Below are positions 26,179 through 40,608 of a DNA stretch of 64,000 nucleotides, one piece after another. Under the pieces are notes generated by a model. That model worked only from the letters and a program-made list of their open reading frames with translations, was not told the origin of the DNA and searched no databases. A program made the translations under genes and the position numbers. The stretch comes from Octopus sinensis (lineage: Eukaryota), in contig NC_043019.1 in assembly GCF_006345805.1 (NCBI RefSeq), positions 8,865,360 through 8,929,359 of the forward strand, given 5' to 3'. Each line of letters begins with the position of its first letter. The first letter of the stretch is position 1.

Positions 26179-27815
26179 TATATATACATATATATATACA
26201 TAAATGCACACACACATATATATACATACATACCTTTATAAATATATATATATATTATATAAATATCATATAAATGTACATGCATACATATATGTACATA
26301 CATATATATGAGTATACACATACATATATGGGCACAGGACACTACAGAACGTAAACAACATGAAGTACGAAATACGAAAACATGGAGTAGGGAAATTTTT
26401 GCGAATGGAAATGGAACACAAGACAAGCAATATAAAAAAAAGACTCTTCATCAGTTGTCGGCTCTTTCTCTACTCCGTATTTCGAGCAATTCACGACAAG
26501 ATACGTTTTCGATGAAACAGTTGCTCCCGCAAACCAAATTAAATAAAGTTAGGGATTTTGCAGAGGGCCAAATTTGGTAACAAACGCAGGACGGTGAAAA
26601 CAAAACAGTAAGGGCTGCTAAGCCTGAACGAGTTGACTTGGTGAACGCGGCGGAACATGGTCTGGTAGGAGACAGACAAGAATGCGTCTTATATATATAT
26701 GCATACATACCACACACACATTCATACACGCAAACGCGCATCTACAAATATCATATTGGACTGCCGAGCACCGCCAGAAACAGCAGTTGGATTTGTAATA
26801 CTTTTATTTAACCTCTTTGATTCTCTGTATGATTTGTATTCTGTGTAAGTGTTTGTATGTAAACCTATTTATTTTTGTATTTCATGTGTGTAATATATTT
26901 CATATATTGATCTAATTTGCTAATCCCTACATTTTCTTCTTTATTTATATGTGTGTATATACAATATGCATACATATATATATAGAGAGAGAGGGGGGAA
27001 GGTAGAGATAGAGAGAGAGGGAGAGAGGAAAACAATACCTATACTTATGTATACATGTGCGTGTGTTGGATCCTATGCGTATGTATATGTATACGAATGT
27101 TTGGACGAATGTTTCTGTATCTGCATATAACACTTCGTCTCCTGCGAATTATATCGGATATATAAATGCTCTGCAGGAAAAAAAGAGAAAAAGAAGCAGA
27201 ACGAACTGAATATATGTCAGAGTAGCGTCTTCTCTATCGATAGATGAGTTCAGAAGCGAAAAGATTTAAGGAAAGTTTAAACGAAGCATGACGACCAGAA
27301 ACGATTGAAAAAACAGACAACTTATAACAGATGAAATAGAATTGTAGCGTGTAGTGACTCAGATCTTTATCACACTCAGCGTATTCATGCGTGTGTGTTT
27401 GTTCGTCTTTCTATATAGCTATACATAAATCTATGTATACGTTTGTTTGCCCACGTGTGTGTGTCTGTGTGTACTTGCATGTGTATGTTTGGGTTTATAA
27501 AAGTACATAGGCACAAAGATACACGCACAGAGAATCCACAAAAACATATATATATTGACCATTTGGGTATTCACGCAGCATTTCACTTGACTAACATACC
27601 AAACCAAAAAGAAACAGAGATAAAAAGAACGACTCCATCAAAAGGATTTATAGATATATTTATATATTTATATATTTATATCCCGCAAAACAATCACACA
27701 TATACGCAAACAAACAAACACTCACATACACAAACGTTATAGCCTTTAGCTGGGAAGGAACTAGGTTAATATACCCTCTGCTACACTTAAACCGATAAAG
27801 GTTTTCCGCTTCTTA

Positions 27816-27868
<53 letters not shown>

Positions 27869-28335
27869 TGTGTGTGTTGTGTGTGTGTGTGTGAGTATGT
27901 GGTATATATGGGCGTGTGTGTGTGTGCACAAACACAAATAAGCATGCGCTTACACACACAAATCATTCGCTGTATTTTGTCATGAAGGAATTTTCTCGAT
28001 ATAGAGAGAGAAAGGCGTAAAAAGACCCAAGTCATTTCGCTGCGCCCCGAACCAGACTGGTGGTCGCTTGCATTTTGGAATGGTTATCTCCCCTTTTGCA
28101 CTAGAAACCGGAAAACGTATGCAGTGAACCGACAAGAGAGAGACAGTTCTCTCTCGTTGTATTCCGCGTGATGTGGCGCCGGTTCATATATTCACTGGCC
28201 CAGAGAATTTCGATGCTTATCAGCATTTGTCCTGTACATTGATTGACTTTCAGGGACGTTCATTGCAGTTTACAGTGTTAGAAACAACACATCCGACTTC
28301 GGTTGGATGAGCCACTATACAGAAGTGTGTGTGTG

Positions 28336-28409
<74 letters not shown>

Positions 28410-28710
28410 TGTGTGTATGTGTGTCTGTGCGTGTATCTATGTATGAATTGATGCTTGTATGCATACATGTATGTATGTACGTATATGAAAGTATCAAGCT
28501 ATTCTAGAAACAGCTGGAAAAGATTCTATATGTTCATATTCTGTACCTGAGTTAAAATGATTTTCTTCGAGTTTTGCTTTTCCAGTCTCTTTTATTCTTT
28601 TTCTCTTAATCTCTATCCACCCACGCAAGGAACGCCCCTTCCAAACGCCTCGAGTCACAGTTCAATCGGAGTTTCAGTGATAATCCAAAATAAGCACTTA
28701 TACAACATAC

Positions 28711-28751
28711 CTGTTGGCATTAAATCTGTCGACGGAAACTCCTCCAATATT
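28711..28751 (-). other. Candidate 41-nt exon, phase-compatible with the 81-nt exon
   Basis: cacacatatttag|AATATT..CCAACAG|gtatgt; contains an in-frame ATG (MPT). Confidence 0.3.
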
Positions 28752-28790
28752 CTAAATATGTGTGTGAGAGTATATATACCACACACACAC

Positions 28791-28834
<44 letters not shown>

Positions 28835-28869
28835 TATATAGATAGAGAGATATAGAGAGAGAGAGAGAG

Positions 28870-29392
28870 AGAAGCTACACAAAGAAAATCGTCTCAATGC
28901 AAAATGTCAGCTACTGGGAAAGACTGAAGTATTAACCTCTTCTCCCTGGAGCGGAGGCGGGAGAGATATGCAGTGATATACATCTGGAAAATCCTGGAGG
29001 GTCTTGTCCCAAAACTTTGGCATTCAAAGTACTCCAACCGCAGAAACGGGGCGCCGCTGCGTGGTGCCAAGGATTCCAACATCACCATCAAAATACAGGT
29101 CCAGATACTGCAACAGCTTGGGTTTCAGAGGACCACAGCTCTTAACATCCTCCCTAAATGCCTGAGAGACTTACATGGTGTGGATGTGGGTTTCTTTAAA
29201 ACTAAACTGGATCTCTTCTTGTTGGGAGTCCAGATGAACCTACCTCACGACAGGAGACACGGATGCGGGCAGCAGCATCGAACTCCCTTGTTATCAAGTG
29301 CCACGTATCAGAGGTGGATTCACAAAACTAGTGTAGCTCATTCAGCGGTGGTGCCCCAGCATGGCCGCGGCCTTCGGGCTAAAACATTTTAA
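28870..29392 (+). mobile_element. 5'-truncated CR1/L2-group LINE: C-terminus of the RT ORF plus 3' UTR
   Basis: With frameshifts: RSYTKKIVSMQNVSYWERLK / LFSLERRRERYAVIYIWKILEGLVP / RYCNSLGFRGPQL / NILPKCLRDLHGVDVGFFKTKLDLFL; ends ggtgccccagcatggccgcggccttcgggctaaaaca. Confidence 0.85.
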
Positions 29393-29408
29393 GGATTTAA
29401 GGATTTAT

Positions 29409-29469
<61 letters not shown>

Positions 29470-30000
29470 CACACACATATGTCTGTGTATTCTTGCGAGT
29501 GTGTATATCTGAGAATACGCCTTTCGAATATTTCTCGGAATTTTGCTATGGAGAGTGGCTTGTTTAGTAATTCGCAGTTCATCAAAGCGTGACGCTTGTA
29601 CCGAAACGGGGTTTAAAACTAAGCCCTACGCTCCATTTTATCGACATTACTATTGAATGGAGACTTATAGAACCAACTGGCTGTATTGTAATGACTACGG
29701 AAACATAGGTATCTGTTAGATTTTTTATATGTGTCTATGTTTATACATATATATCTGTATATATGTGTGTATGCGTGTGTATGAATGTGTGTGTGCATTT
29801 ATACATACACACGCACACACACACACACATATATATACATGTATGTATGTATACATATTATATATATATATCCTAAAGTTGAATAATCGTCACAGCATAC
29901 AAGCATATAAAGATGGGTCGAGTATGGAATTCTAGTCACAATTCTGAGGAAGTGACTGGAATCAAACACATACAAGTAACTGACGTTGCGTTGTATATGG

Positions 30001-30055
<55 letters not shown>

Positions 30056-30077
30056 ATGTAGATATATGTGTATGAAT

Positions 30078-30130
<53 letters not shown>

Positions 30131-30968
30131 GATATATGTGTATGTATAAAATTATATAATATATATTATATATATATATATACATATATACACGTACAAA
30201 CATACCTATATACATAGATACATAAAGTTTTCCCATAAATTTCCCTTCAATTGTTACGTATTTACATTTCATTCACTTGTACCGGAACATGACATTCGCA
30301 AATTCTGAAGTGTATTACGGAAAGTATTTCTGAATAGCTCAAAATCGGATGATGCACTCATCTGTGTGAATTGTCTGAATGCGCTGCAAGAATATCATTC
30401 CGCTGGTGCTTCTGTACCAAACTTGATATTTACGTAATATTGTTGTGTGCGTATATTATTCCGACCTAACAATGCACCTCAACTTAAGTACTTGATTCAG
30501 CTGAATCTTACTTACTTACACACCCACCCACACACCTACCCACATACACACACACGCGCGCGCACACATATCAACGCTGTATTTAGTTTGCAAGATTCTT
30601 TATGTGAATTCGTGTATTTAAGGATATTTTATTGTGTCTAGGAAGAGTCATTCTCTCTTAGTGTCTTATTACTTAACACACACACTGGTTCGATTTCTAC
30701 TCACGTATTTATTTACGCTCTCTAAAATTTGCGTTGCGTGTTGCAACCTCTTCTATAATCGTCGAAGTGGTTGCAAGACGCATATATATATATATATATA
30801 TACTTCCATGCCTGTACTCCTTCTGGACAATTTTTCTTTTCTCCTTCGCGTTACCCATCTTTGTCTTGTCTTGCAGCAGTAATGCTTTCTCTGTTTTCTT
30901 TTTGCTGTATATGTATATGTGTATAAAATATGCTTCAACACACGAATCTTGCAAACCAAATACAAAAG

Positions 30969-31024
<56 letters not shown>

Positions 31025-31194
31025 TCTTTGTATGTGTCTGTTTGTGCGCTTATAACTCGAGCATTGTTCAACTAATGGCGCTGAAATTTGAAACATGGAT
31101 ACATGATAGACCATAATCAAAAAATAGTATCAAAATTGTTAGTTTCAAAGTGTTATGTTTTTGTACCATTCCCGGCAAGTTTCTTACCGGTGAC

Positions 31195-31320
31195 TCCAGA
31201 GTGGAAGCAATATTTCGATAATGGCCGAAATTGCGCTTGACTTCTGGCCAATAAATGAAGAGGTGCTTTTGTTCGTCTGTGTATTTAGTATATGTTCGTA
31301 TGTTTAGTTACATCTTTTTA
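31195..31320 (+). repeat. Short dispersed repeat related to 57180-57470
   Basis: Shares gcaat..ga..aat..gccgaaattgcg..tga..gg..tgaaga..gtt(c)cgtc with the reverse complement of 57241-57325. Confidence 0.4.
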
Positions 31321-33270
31321 TTATCTTTTAAAATTTTATATATATATATACATATATATATACACAGGTATGTCATATTTTCCTTTTGCTGTCTGTTTAT
31401 TTAATCCTGTAAAAAGATATGCACAGCAACACATGAATATACACATACATATCTAACTGATTTCCCATATTTTTTTCAAAAGTGTTCGTTATGAGGAATG
31501 TGGAGTTTTGTCGCGAATTGTATCATTTTTGATGTTATTCGAGACGCCGTTTATTTATGGGTTTAACGTACAGATTGATTAGTTGAGCATGGTCATGTGA
31601 CAGCTCCACAAGATCATCCCAAAGCCTTTTCCAGTAGATGTCTTATAGAACATTTGGAACAACCGCTTTGAAAGGGCTGTTTTAGTCTTTTTGTCGTGAA
31701 TAGTCGCTGTGTGAAAAGCTATTATATATAAGTGAAACTTTAATTTGGCAGTGTAAGAAATATACAAGTTATACATACATACATATATATGAACAGAGAG
31801 GCAGAAATGAGAAAGGGAATGCAGTTGGTGATAGGTGCATTCATGCATTCATAACATGGATACAAACAGCCATGCAGCCATCCAACCGTAGCCATCCAGC
31901 CAACCATGCATACATATATAAGTCTACCATTCACAATATACGTTTATATGAAATATTTATTAATACATCTCTTTCTAACTTTACTCATTGTTCTGGCTCA
32001 ACACCAACATCCGGGTATTTGCTGCTGTAGTTTGTTGTTATTGTTTTTTGCTACTTTTCGACAGTGTTTTGTAATATTTTTGTTTGTTTTTATTGATTTA
32101 TTTTATTATTGTTATTATTCTTTATTATTTTTTCTTATTGTTTTTCTGCTTTCCTTGTTTTTGTTTTTGTTTTTGATACTCCTTGTTTTTGGTTCATTTT
32201 TAATGGTGCAACTTCCGTTTTACTCATTGATGTCTCTGCTGTTTCTTTTGTTTTTTGTTTTGTTATTGTTCATATTGCTCCTTTAAAAGCTGTTCTTGTT
32301 GTTCTGGTTGTTGCTGTTGTTGTCGTCGTTGTTTCCAATCTTATTGCGTTTCTTTTGTTCACCAAGTTCCTCCTCTCGCTCCCATTCTCGTCACGGCACT
32401 TATTTTTCTTCCTGCGGTACTTCTTGATGTAATATTACCAGTATTCTTATTGCTCTAACTGCCAGCCTTGCCATAGTAGTAGTAGTAGTTATTGTTGTTG
32501 TTCCTTAACTCATGGTCAGCTTCCTTCAATCAGGCCCATGGTCAAAAACAATCCTGTCGTGACCCCCTCATCCTATTTCCAGACATATATTATCAAGGAC
32601 TATATTACAGGATGTAGTCCTTTGAATTTTCAAAACGAGAAGTTGTGCTCTGAGAAAGTTTACTTCACGGCTACTATTTCTAGCATATCGAGCGACACAA
32701 AGCGACTCCAATTTTTCGTTCTTTGGCTCTGGTTGCTTTTGTAGTTTGTGTTGCACCAGTCCAATTTGTTCTTTGCCGTAGTTCTTTCCCTTCGTATTAT
32801 TTACATGGGAGTTGTTTACGTTTTCTTGGTATTTTCGCTTAATCTTCTTTAGCGCCAGCTCAACCCTGACTCAGCAGCAAAACAAAGCCGAACCCCAACA
32901 AAAAATATTCTTTCCATTTCGAACATTACCGAGCATGGACTGCATTAACCAATACCGCTTCCCTTCCCGCACACCCGCCTCTCTCTCTTTATATCTCCCA
33001 CTCTTTCCCTCTATCTGCCTCTCCTGCTGCTCTTCTATGAAGAGCCTTGCCTGGACTTATGCCTCGCAGGGGAACTGTCTAGGTCCAGTTCCTTGGTCAT
33101 TCATGACCGAAGAGGGACTTTACTCTGCTGCTGAATCTATCGCTATTTAGTTGTTATTAATGCTGCCGTTGTAGAATTATTTATAATTCAAAGCTTTCTA
33201 TTGTTTTTGAAACGTTACTGGATTTCATTTTATTTTAGCCGTTACTGTTCACGCTTTGGTAATTCTCGTA

Positions 33271-33537
33271 TTTTATTTTCCAGTTGTTTCAGTCATAAGA
33301 CGGCGGTCATGCTGGGGCAACACCCTAAACAAGTTTAGTGGTGGTGAGGGCAAGCACAGACCAAAAGACACCACACACACATATATATATTTATATGGGT
33401 TTCTTTTAGCATCCTTCTACTAAGGCTTTGGTCGTCCCAAGGCTATACTAGAAAACGTGTGCCCAAAGTCCGCGCAGTCAAACTGAACCCGAAACCATGT
33501 GGTTACGAAAAAAAATCCTTACCACACAGCCACGCCC
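33271..33537 (-). mobile_element. SINE family 2, internally shortened
   Basis: Minus strand has the head ggcgtggctgtgtggtaagg..ccacatggtttcgggttcagtt, the centre tatagccttgggacgaccaaagcc, and the tail gccccagcatgaccgccgtcttatgactgaaaca. Confidence 0.8.
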
Positions 33538-33569
33538 ATGACTATGTCATACATTCTTATTGATGCTCT

Positions 33570-34350
33570 TAAATCTTTTGTCACTGATATTCTTGCTATT
33601 GTTGTTGTTGTTGTTGCTGCTACTGCTGCCATTAAATTTATTTACGCTATTTTCTTGCCGTGTGGTTGTATGGCTGCCGTTGTTCATCTTGTTCCATCAA
33701 CTGTTGTCATCGCAGAGTTTTACAGATGTTGTTGTTGTTATTGTTGTTGCACTTGTTGTTATAGTCCTTTGTCATTGCTGAACGTCTTGTTGTTGTATTT
33801 GTTGTTGCGGTTGTAGTTGCTATGAAATTGTGGCCATTGTCGTTAAAGCCGTGAGATTATTAGAGTCGTTGCAATTGCAACGAGTTGCTTCAATGGAGGT
33901 TGCTGCGTTGCTACGTTGCAATAATGTTCTTGTTGCAGTCGTTGCAGTTATAGCTGCTGTCATTGTGGTTATTGATGTACGATATAGATATTGTTGTTGT
34001 TGTTGTTGTTGTTGTTATAGCTGTTATCATTGTTCTTCTTATCGTTGTTGTTGTCGGTGGAGGCGGTAATTGTTAGGTATCACAGCATCAACTACTGCTT
34101 TTGTTGTTCGTGTAATTCCGCGCTTTCTTATCAATATTACTCTTTACGTCAGCTTGGTCGCCATTGGTGATCAAGTAGCAGCAGCACCACCAGCACCAGC
34201 ACCAGCACCAGCAGTATTAATAGTAGTAGTAGTTGCTGTTGTTGTTATCATTAATATTGTTGTTGTTGTCGCTGCTGCTGTGTTTACTGGTTATTGATAT
34301 CGTTGTGGCTATTGATATCGTTCTCGTTGGTGATGTTGTTGTTCTTGTTC
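33570..34350. repeat. Decayed (GTT)n/(GCA)n tract
   Basis: Period-3 low complexity. Confidence 0.8.
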
Positions 34351-34710
34351 ATGTTGTTGTTGTTTCTGCAAAGGTTTAGCATCAAAGTTGTATTGTGTTT
34401 CTTCATCCGTCAGTCAGGATTGAACCTAAGTGATCACTTTCATCTTTTCGACGCCATTACAACTTCAAAGGAAAACTGGACATTCAAAACAGTTCCACAG
34501 CTTACAGACCACCGTAAAATACAACAGATATACACACACGCACACACACATACACACACACACACACACGCACACATATACGCACAGAAGGATGAATACA
34601 CACATACACATGCAAAATGTATGTGCGAAAATGAATGTTTATATTCTACATATATATGCATAGAAATCTGCATACACACATGCGTATAAATATATATATA
34701 TATATACATT

Positions 34711-34743
<33 letters not shown>

Positions 34744-34871
34744 TTGTAGACACACACGCACAGATACATATACTTGGGCTGCTATATGTTTCAGTGTATA
34801 TATGTATTTATACATACACACCCACGGAAACAAACATCCACAAACACACACATAGACGCACGCGCACATGC

Positions 34872-34931
<60 letters not shown>

Positions 34932-35223
34932 GTTTATGTATGTGCATTTGTATGCACAAATGTATATGCATGTTTGAACATGTGTTTGTGTATGAGAGGA
35001 CGCACAGGGACATTCATTTATACGCATTCGTATATACACACATGCATGCATACATTCTGCATATGATGGTAAATATTCACTTCCTTTATGTGGATACATT
35101 CGGTCTCCCTGTCGTTATTTTCTTGTATGCATTGCTTAAGGCTCCGAGTAACTTCTAAACAACACTCAATGTATAGAAGCCTCTATTAGAGGACTCTATA
35201 TACACTTGGTCAGCTTTATGACA

Positions 35224-35270
<47 letters not shown>

Positions 35271-35509
35271 TATATATATTGAATCATTCACTCATAGATT
35301 TTACACACAACGTGGGCGAAAACATTTCTTCTTAGGAAAATACATATTTAAATCAATTTTAATGATCTGAATAGCGAAAGCGAAACCGGTCGACAATCAC
35401 AATAAAAGATATATTTAAACCACAAAGTTTAAGCAATTTCAAATGGAAGGAAAAAAATAAAAGCTGTTACCTTGTTTTTACGGTTACACTATAGATTTCG
35501 GAATTTTTA

Positions 35510-35554
<45 letters not shown>

Positions 35555-36689
35555 ACTATATATGTATATATATATATATATATATGGGTAATGTCAGATT
35601 AGTTTTGAGGGTTACTTCACAACAATGAGATCCAAGGTTCGATTTCACGGATACTTCTACATTGCCATTGTCATGCGACTACGTTAAAACACTTTTGTAA
35701 GTTCGAAGTGAAAGTGGAAAGACATATAACAGATGAGTCTATATGTCACGGGCAGATGATATTTGCTGCTAACATCTTGTAAATCGGTGCTAACTGTTTC
35801 ATGGTCGGGTAGTCAGCGACTGAGTAGGCTTGGCCAAGTGAGTAGTAACTTTCTACCCTTACGTGGAAGGTATCTGGACAGGTATCTGCAGCAGGACTAA
35901 AAACAATATTTGCTGAAGGGCAGATGAGTTCTCTCTGGGCTAACGGCCAACTCGTTGTGGAGGGCAATAGCGACCCACCCTAAAATATTTCTACCAAAAA
36001 AGCGTTGTGAGAAAGTAAGGCGGTGGGTTTATAAGATAGGGGAGGCAGGGCTTGACCGGGGAGACTTTGTTTTGAAAACCTACGATACATGACGAAGAAC
36101 GAATGCCACTGTCTGTGTGTCCGAGTGTCTATATGTGTGTGTGTGTGTGTTTGTGTGCGCGCGCACGAGCTTGCGTGTATGTATGTTAAGCTTCGGTAAT
36201 GCTTTATGTATCTGTGTATTCTCCGACAGAACTGGGCATCGGTCGATACGGGGCTAAGCTAAAAGTCATTTACGTGTCCAAGGTTAGCCGCAGTGTTTTG
36301 GCCACCGGCCCAAGAGATTATGAAGCAAACAAACCTACTTTAAACACACTTCTACAACGGCACGTAGATCGTTGATAATGAGACAGGGGTGGGGATGGGG
36401 GTACACATTATGATCTTTGTCATAAACCAGACTCGATAGATTGTAATTAATATATTCCTTTCTCTCTCAGACTTAATCAGATATAATTCTAATTGATATC
36501 TTTCGAATCTATTGATTCACCTTTTACAAAATTTCCCTCTCTTACCTTTGCCTATCTTTCCCTTCTTCTCCCGGTCACACGCGCGCGCGCGCAACATTTG
36601 TCATAACAATTTCTCTCCATCTCCCATGTGTTAGACTGACATACATACATATATGCGTGTATGTATGTATGTATATATAAATCTATATC

Positions 36690-36723
<34 letters not shown>

Positions 36724-36827
36724 TAAATATTAAAATATACATATATACATATATATATATACATAGATAGATAGATAGATAAATACATACATACATACAT
36801 ACACACATACATATATACACATCACAC

Positions 36828-37122
36828 AGCCGCCTTAATGGTTAGAGCATTCTGCTCACGGCCTTACGATCGTGAGTTCAACTTCCGGCGATGTACTGTG
36901 TCCTTGAGCAAGACGCTTTATTTCATGTTGCTCCAGTCCTATCAGCTGGCAAAAAATGAGTTGTTCCTGCATTTCAAAGGGCCAGCCTTGTCACAATCTG
37001 AGAACTACGTTAATGGTACACATGTCTGAGGAATGCTCAGCCACTTGTACGTTAGTTTCACGAGCAAGCTGCTCCATCGATCGTATCAGCTGGGTCACCT
37101 CTCCTCGTAACCGATGGTGCGC
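36828..37122 (+). mobile_element. tRNA-derived SINE, family 3, near full length
   Basis: A-box-like gccttaatgg and B-box-like gagttcaacttcc; centre gtgtccttgagcaagacgctttatttcatgttgctccagtcc; colinear with the 6560 copy. Confidence 0.85.
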
Positions 37123-37356
37123 TCATATATATATATATATATTTATATTTATAAACAACTTATAAATAAGGGCTAAAGAAAATTATTTCTATGCCAATAT
37201 AACAGACATATAAATCGTCAATTTCCACATATTATTTACTTGCTACAGAAAACACGAAGGGCTGAAATCGAGGAAAGCCAGCCAATGAGAATTTTATATA
37301 TTCATCCTATATCTGTAGTATTTATATTTATACATATTTACATATTTATATATTTA

Positions 37357-37520
37357 GGCTCAGGAGTGGCTCTCTAGTAAGCAGTTGGCTTCCCCACTAC
37401 GAGCTCCTGTGTTTAGTCCCACTGGGTGGCAGCTTGTTCAGGTGCTTCTACCGTAGCCTTGGACCGACCAAAACCTTACGAGTGGATTTAGTTGTCGGAG
37501 ACTGAAAGAAGCCTATCAAG
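37357..37520 (+). mobile_element. SINE family 2, 5' half, diverged
   Basis: ggctcaggagtggct..gtcccactgggtggcagcttg..tagccttggaccgaccaaaacctt..gagtggattt..actgaaagaagcc. Confidence 0.8.
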
Positions 37521-37575
37521 TATGTGTGTGTGTGTGTATGCGTGTGTGTGTGCACGCAGAGAAGGAGAGATAGAG

Positions 37576-37607
<32 letters not shown>

Positions 37608-38369
37608 GTCTTTATTTCCCAACCTCTCTCTTTCGTTCTCTCTCTCTTTTTCTCTCCTTCTCTCTCTCTCCTCCACACACACACACACACACATATCTCG
37701 TGGGTGTTATGTCAACGCACATTCACTCGCGTATTGCATTTCTATATCAGTCTCAATCCGTCAATGTGTATACCTGCAGAGATGTCTTAATTTGCCCTGA
37801 TCATACATCCAGCTGACAGGTTACAGACATGATGTCATACCTTAACCATGTGTGGATTGTCATCCTTGTTGCCAGCCGTATTCTTATGAAATATAATGCG
37901 AAACATTTGCGGTATGAAAATTAGTAGAAGTACAGGAACAGATTGGCTGGTAATTCCTCTGGGAATTGGTAAAAACGATGAAGACAGCCAAGATGAGGTC
38001 ACAATGGGTTTCGAAAATCGACTCACGCTGTTCTTTCTCTTTTTCAATCTACATATAAATGTGCATACATATATAAATATACATATCCATATGTGTGTGT
38101 GTGTATGTCTATACATATATATATGTGTGTGTGTATACATATATCACAGTGTTGTGCAAAAGTTGCCTGACAGTAAATCAAAGTTCCGAGATTAAAACAG
38201 TTCCAAGATTATTTCATATGAGATTTCGCTAATAAATAAACAAACGTTGAAAAAAAACCCAGTTAAATTACAGTATTCAATTATTAAACATCCATAATTG
38301 AAATGAATAAAATTTAATATTACGTATATATGGATGTTTGATTTACTGTCGGAGGACTTATGGCTTACA

Positions 38370-38442
<73 letters not shown>

Positions 38443-38444
38443 AT

Positions 38445-39690
38445 TATTCAGTTATTTCAAGATTTCTTGCCAATAGAGAAAGAACCAGTTTCTAACCCAG
38501 ATTCAAGGCTCCTTTATTGGAATTTCAATATCAACAACAGGGTACTTTTGTTCGTATGTTTGTATGTATGTTTTCTCATGCATATAGTTACATGTCTAGA
38601 CGTGCTCGTATATCTAAGTGATAAACGTCTGGAAAGTTTTACAGATTTTTACAGTTCCAGTGATGGATTGGATCTGTAGACTTCGAATTAGCTTTCTCCT
38701 TCCTGGTTTTGAGAAGTCTAATTTCTCAAGATTGGTATTTAGGGAGTGTGCTACATTTCCCAGGGCCCCAATTATTACAGTTGTAAACCTGAACTTGTAA
38801 CCTGGATAGAGTAACTGCAGATTTCTCAATAGTTTAGCATAGGTGCTCACTTTTTCACTGATCTTCAGTTTTATGTTAACATCCGCTGGATATCTAATTT
38901 TCACAACTGTTTCTCTTCTCTATCCCAAATCCTTATATCTCTATCATTATATCATGTGAGTCGTGCTTACATTTTATTGAGGTTTTCACTGGTACATTCC
39001 ACCAGTATTCCTTAATATTATGAGTGGCTATTGTTTCTACCATACTTTGGGTTCTTATTTCTTTGTCATTGGGATTATCCTTCCAACAGATTTCATTATA
39101 GTGTGTCTCAGCTACAACGTCATATCTAATCGGTAGATGATACAGTGATGACATTTTCGGACAACAGCTTACGGTGTAAGTGATATCTTCAGTGTGAACT
39201 TCACAAAGTCTGCATCCGTTGTTACATTTTACGGCATTTCCTGTACCTCTATCCCTTTTGTGCAACAGGTACTGGATTGATATTTCCTGTTCCTGGATTG
39301 CAAACGCATACTCTTCAAAGTGAGAGGTTGCAATCCGGCTATTCATCCATGATAATCTGGTTTGATGATCGATGTTACTATCATCACGGAGCTTTCTAGT
39401 AACATATCTATGCATAGTCGTCTGCTAATATAGACTCATCCTTTCATCTGATGATACGTTGCGGTAGAGTCGTGCGACTTCTTTGGGAATATATTCTAGG
39501 TTATCAGACAAAGAGTGTTGCTCAACAATCTACCTCCCATGTCTTATGATGTTATCAATTTCATGTATGCAGACTTGGTCATGGGATGCACTTCGACAAT
39601 TGGTGGTTAGAAGATGTTGCCGAATGGATGTGATGCAACATTCAAAGGCATTTTGGATTGATGTTAAGCCTCTGCTGCCTTTCGTTTTAG
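38445..39690 (-). mobile_element. R4/Dong-like non-LTR element: C-terminal zinc knuckle, restriction-like endonuclease and 3' UTR
   Basis: RGLTSIQNAFEC..; FAIQEQEI; CRLCEVHTEDITYTVSCCPKMS..RYDVVA (CCHC-like); EYWWNVPVKT..KH..DIMI..WDREE; YPADVNIKLKISEK..YKFRF..IIGALG..IQSITGTVKICKTF. Confidence 0.9.
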
Positions 39691-39719
39691 GTATGCATAT
39701 ATGTATTTATGTATATATG

Positions 39720-40032
39720 TAAGTATGTTTTAACTATGTATGTATGTATGTATGTATGTATGTATGTATGTATGTATGTATGTATGTATGTATGTATGTA
39801 TGTATGTATGTATGTATGTATTATGTATTATGTATGTATGTATGTATATATGTTTGTATGTATGTAGGCATTATGTATGTATGTTTGTATGTATGTATAT
39901 ATATATGCCCCTTCAACCGTTCATATATTCACCTTCCTGTCTGGCTACAGGAGTCTAACTTTGAACCAAGCCTATCAATTCGACCGCCAGCTTCCGGCTA
40001 ACATTCTCCCTGCCTCTCTCACTCTCATATTT

Positions 40033-40102
<70 letters not shown>

Positions 40103-40553
40103 TCATCTTTTTATGTTTACGTTTATCAAAACACTTAATACGACTGCTTATCTCCTCTCTGTATCATCTCCACCTACTTATTTCTCTTTCATTCTTTTTT
40201 TCCAAACACAGACAATCTGCAACAGCCAAATAAATAATTTCTCCCTCTCTCTTCCCCTCTCCTATCTATCTCTCTCTCTCTATTTCTCTATCCCTCTCAA
40301 TCTATCTAGCTACACCTTTATTTATCTATATATCTTTCTATTTATTTACCCACCATCCTTTGCCACCTGTCTCACCCCATCTGGCCTCACATACTGACAA
40401 ACCGCTGACTATCAATATATACGTCTCAATACGTTGGTCTAACTACGAAATTCACTGATGTGGAAAGAACTTACGATGATAAATTGGCAGCGCTATATAA
40501 TTTATAATTTACACACCACTTCATATATATATATATATAATATATATATATAT

Positions 40554-40608
<55 letters not shown>

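Noticed and set aside
28170-28200. miRNA-like TGGCGCCG seed
   Set aside because: Only the seed resembles a known molluscan miRNA; the rest does not match and there is no proper precursor fold.
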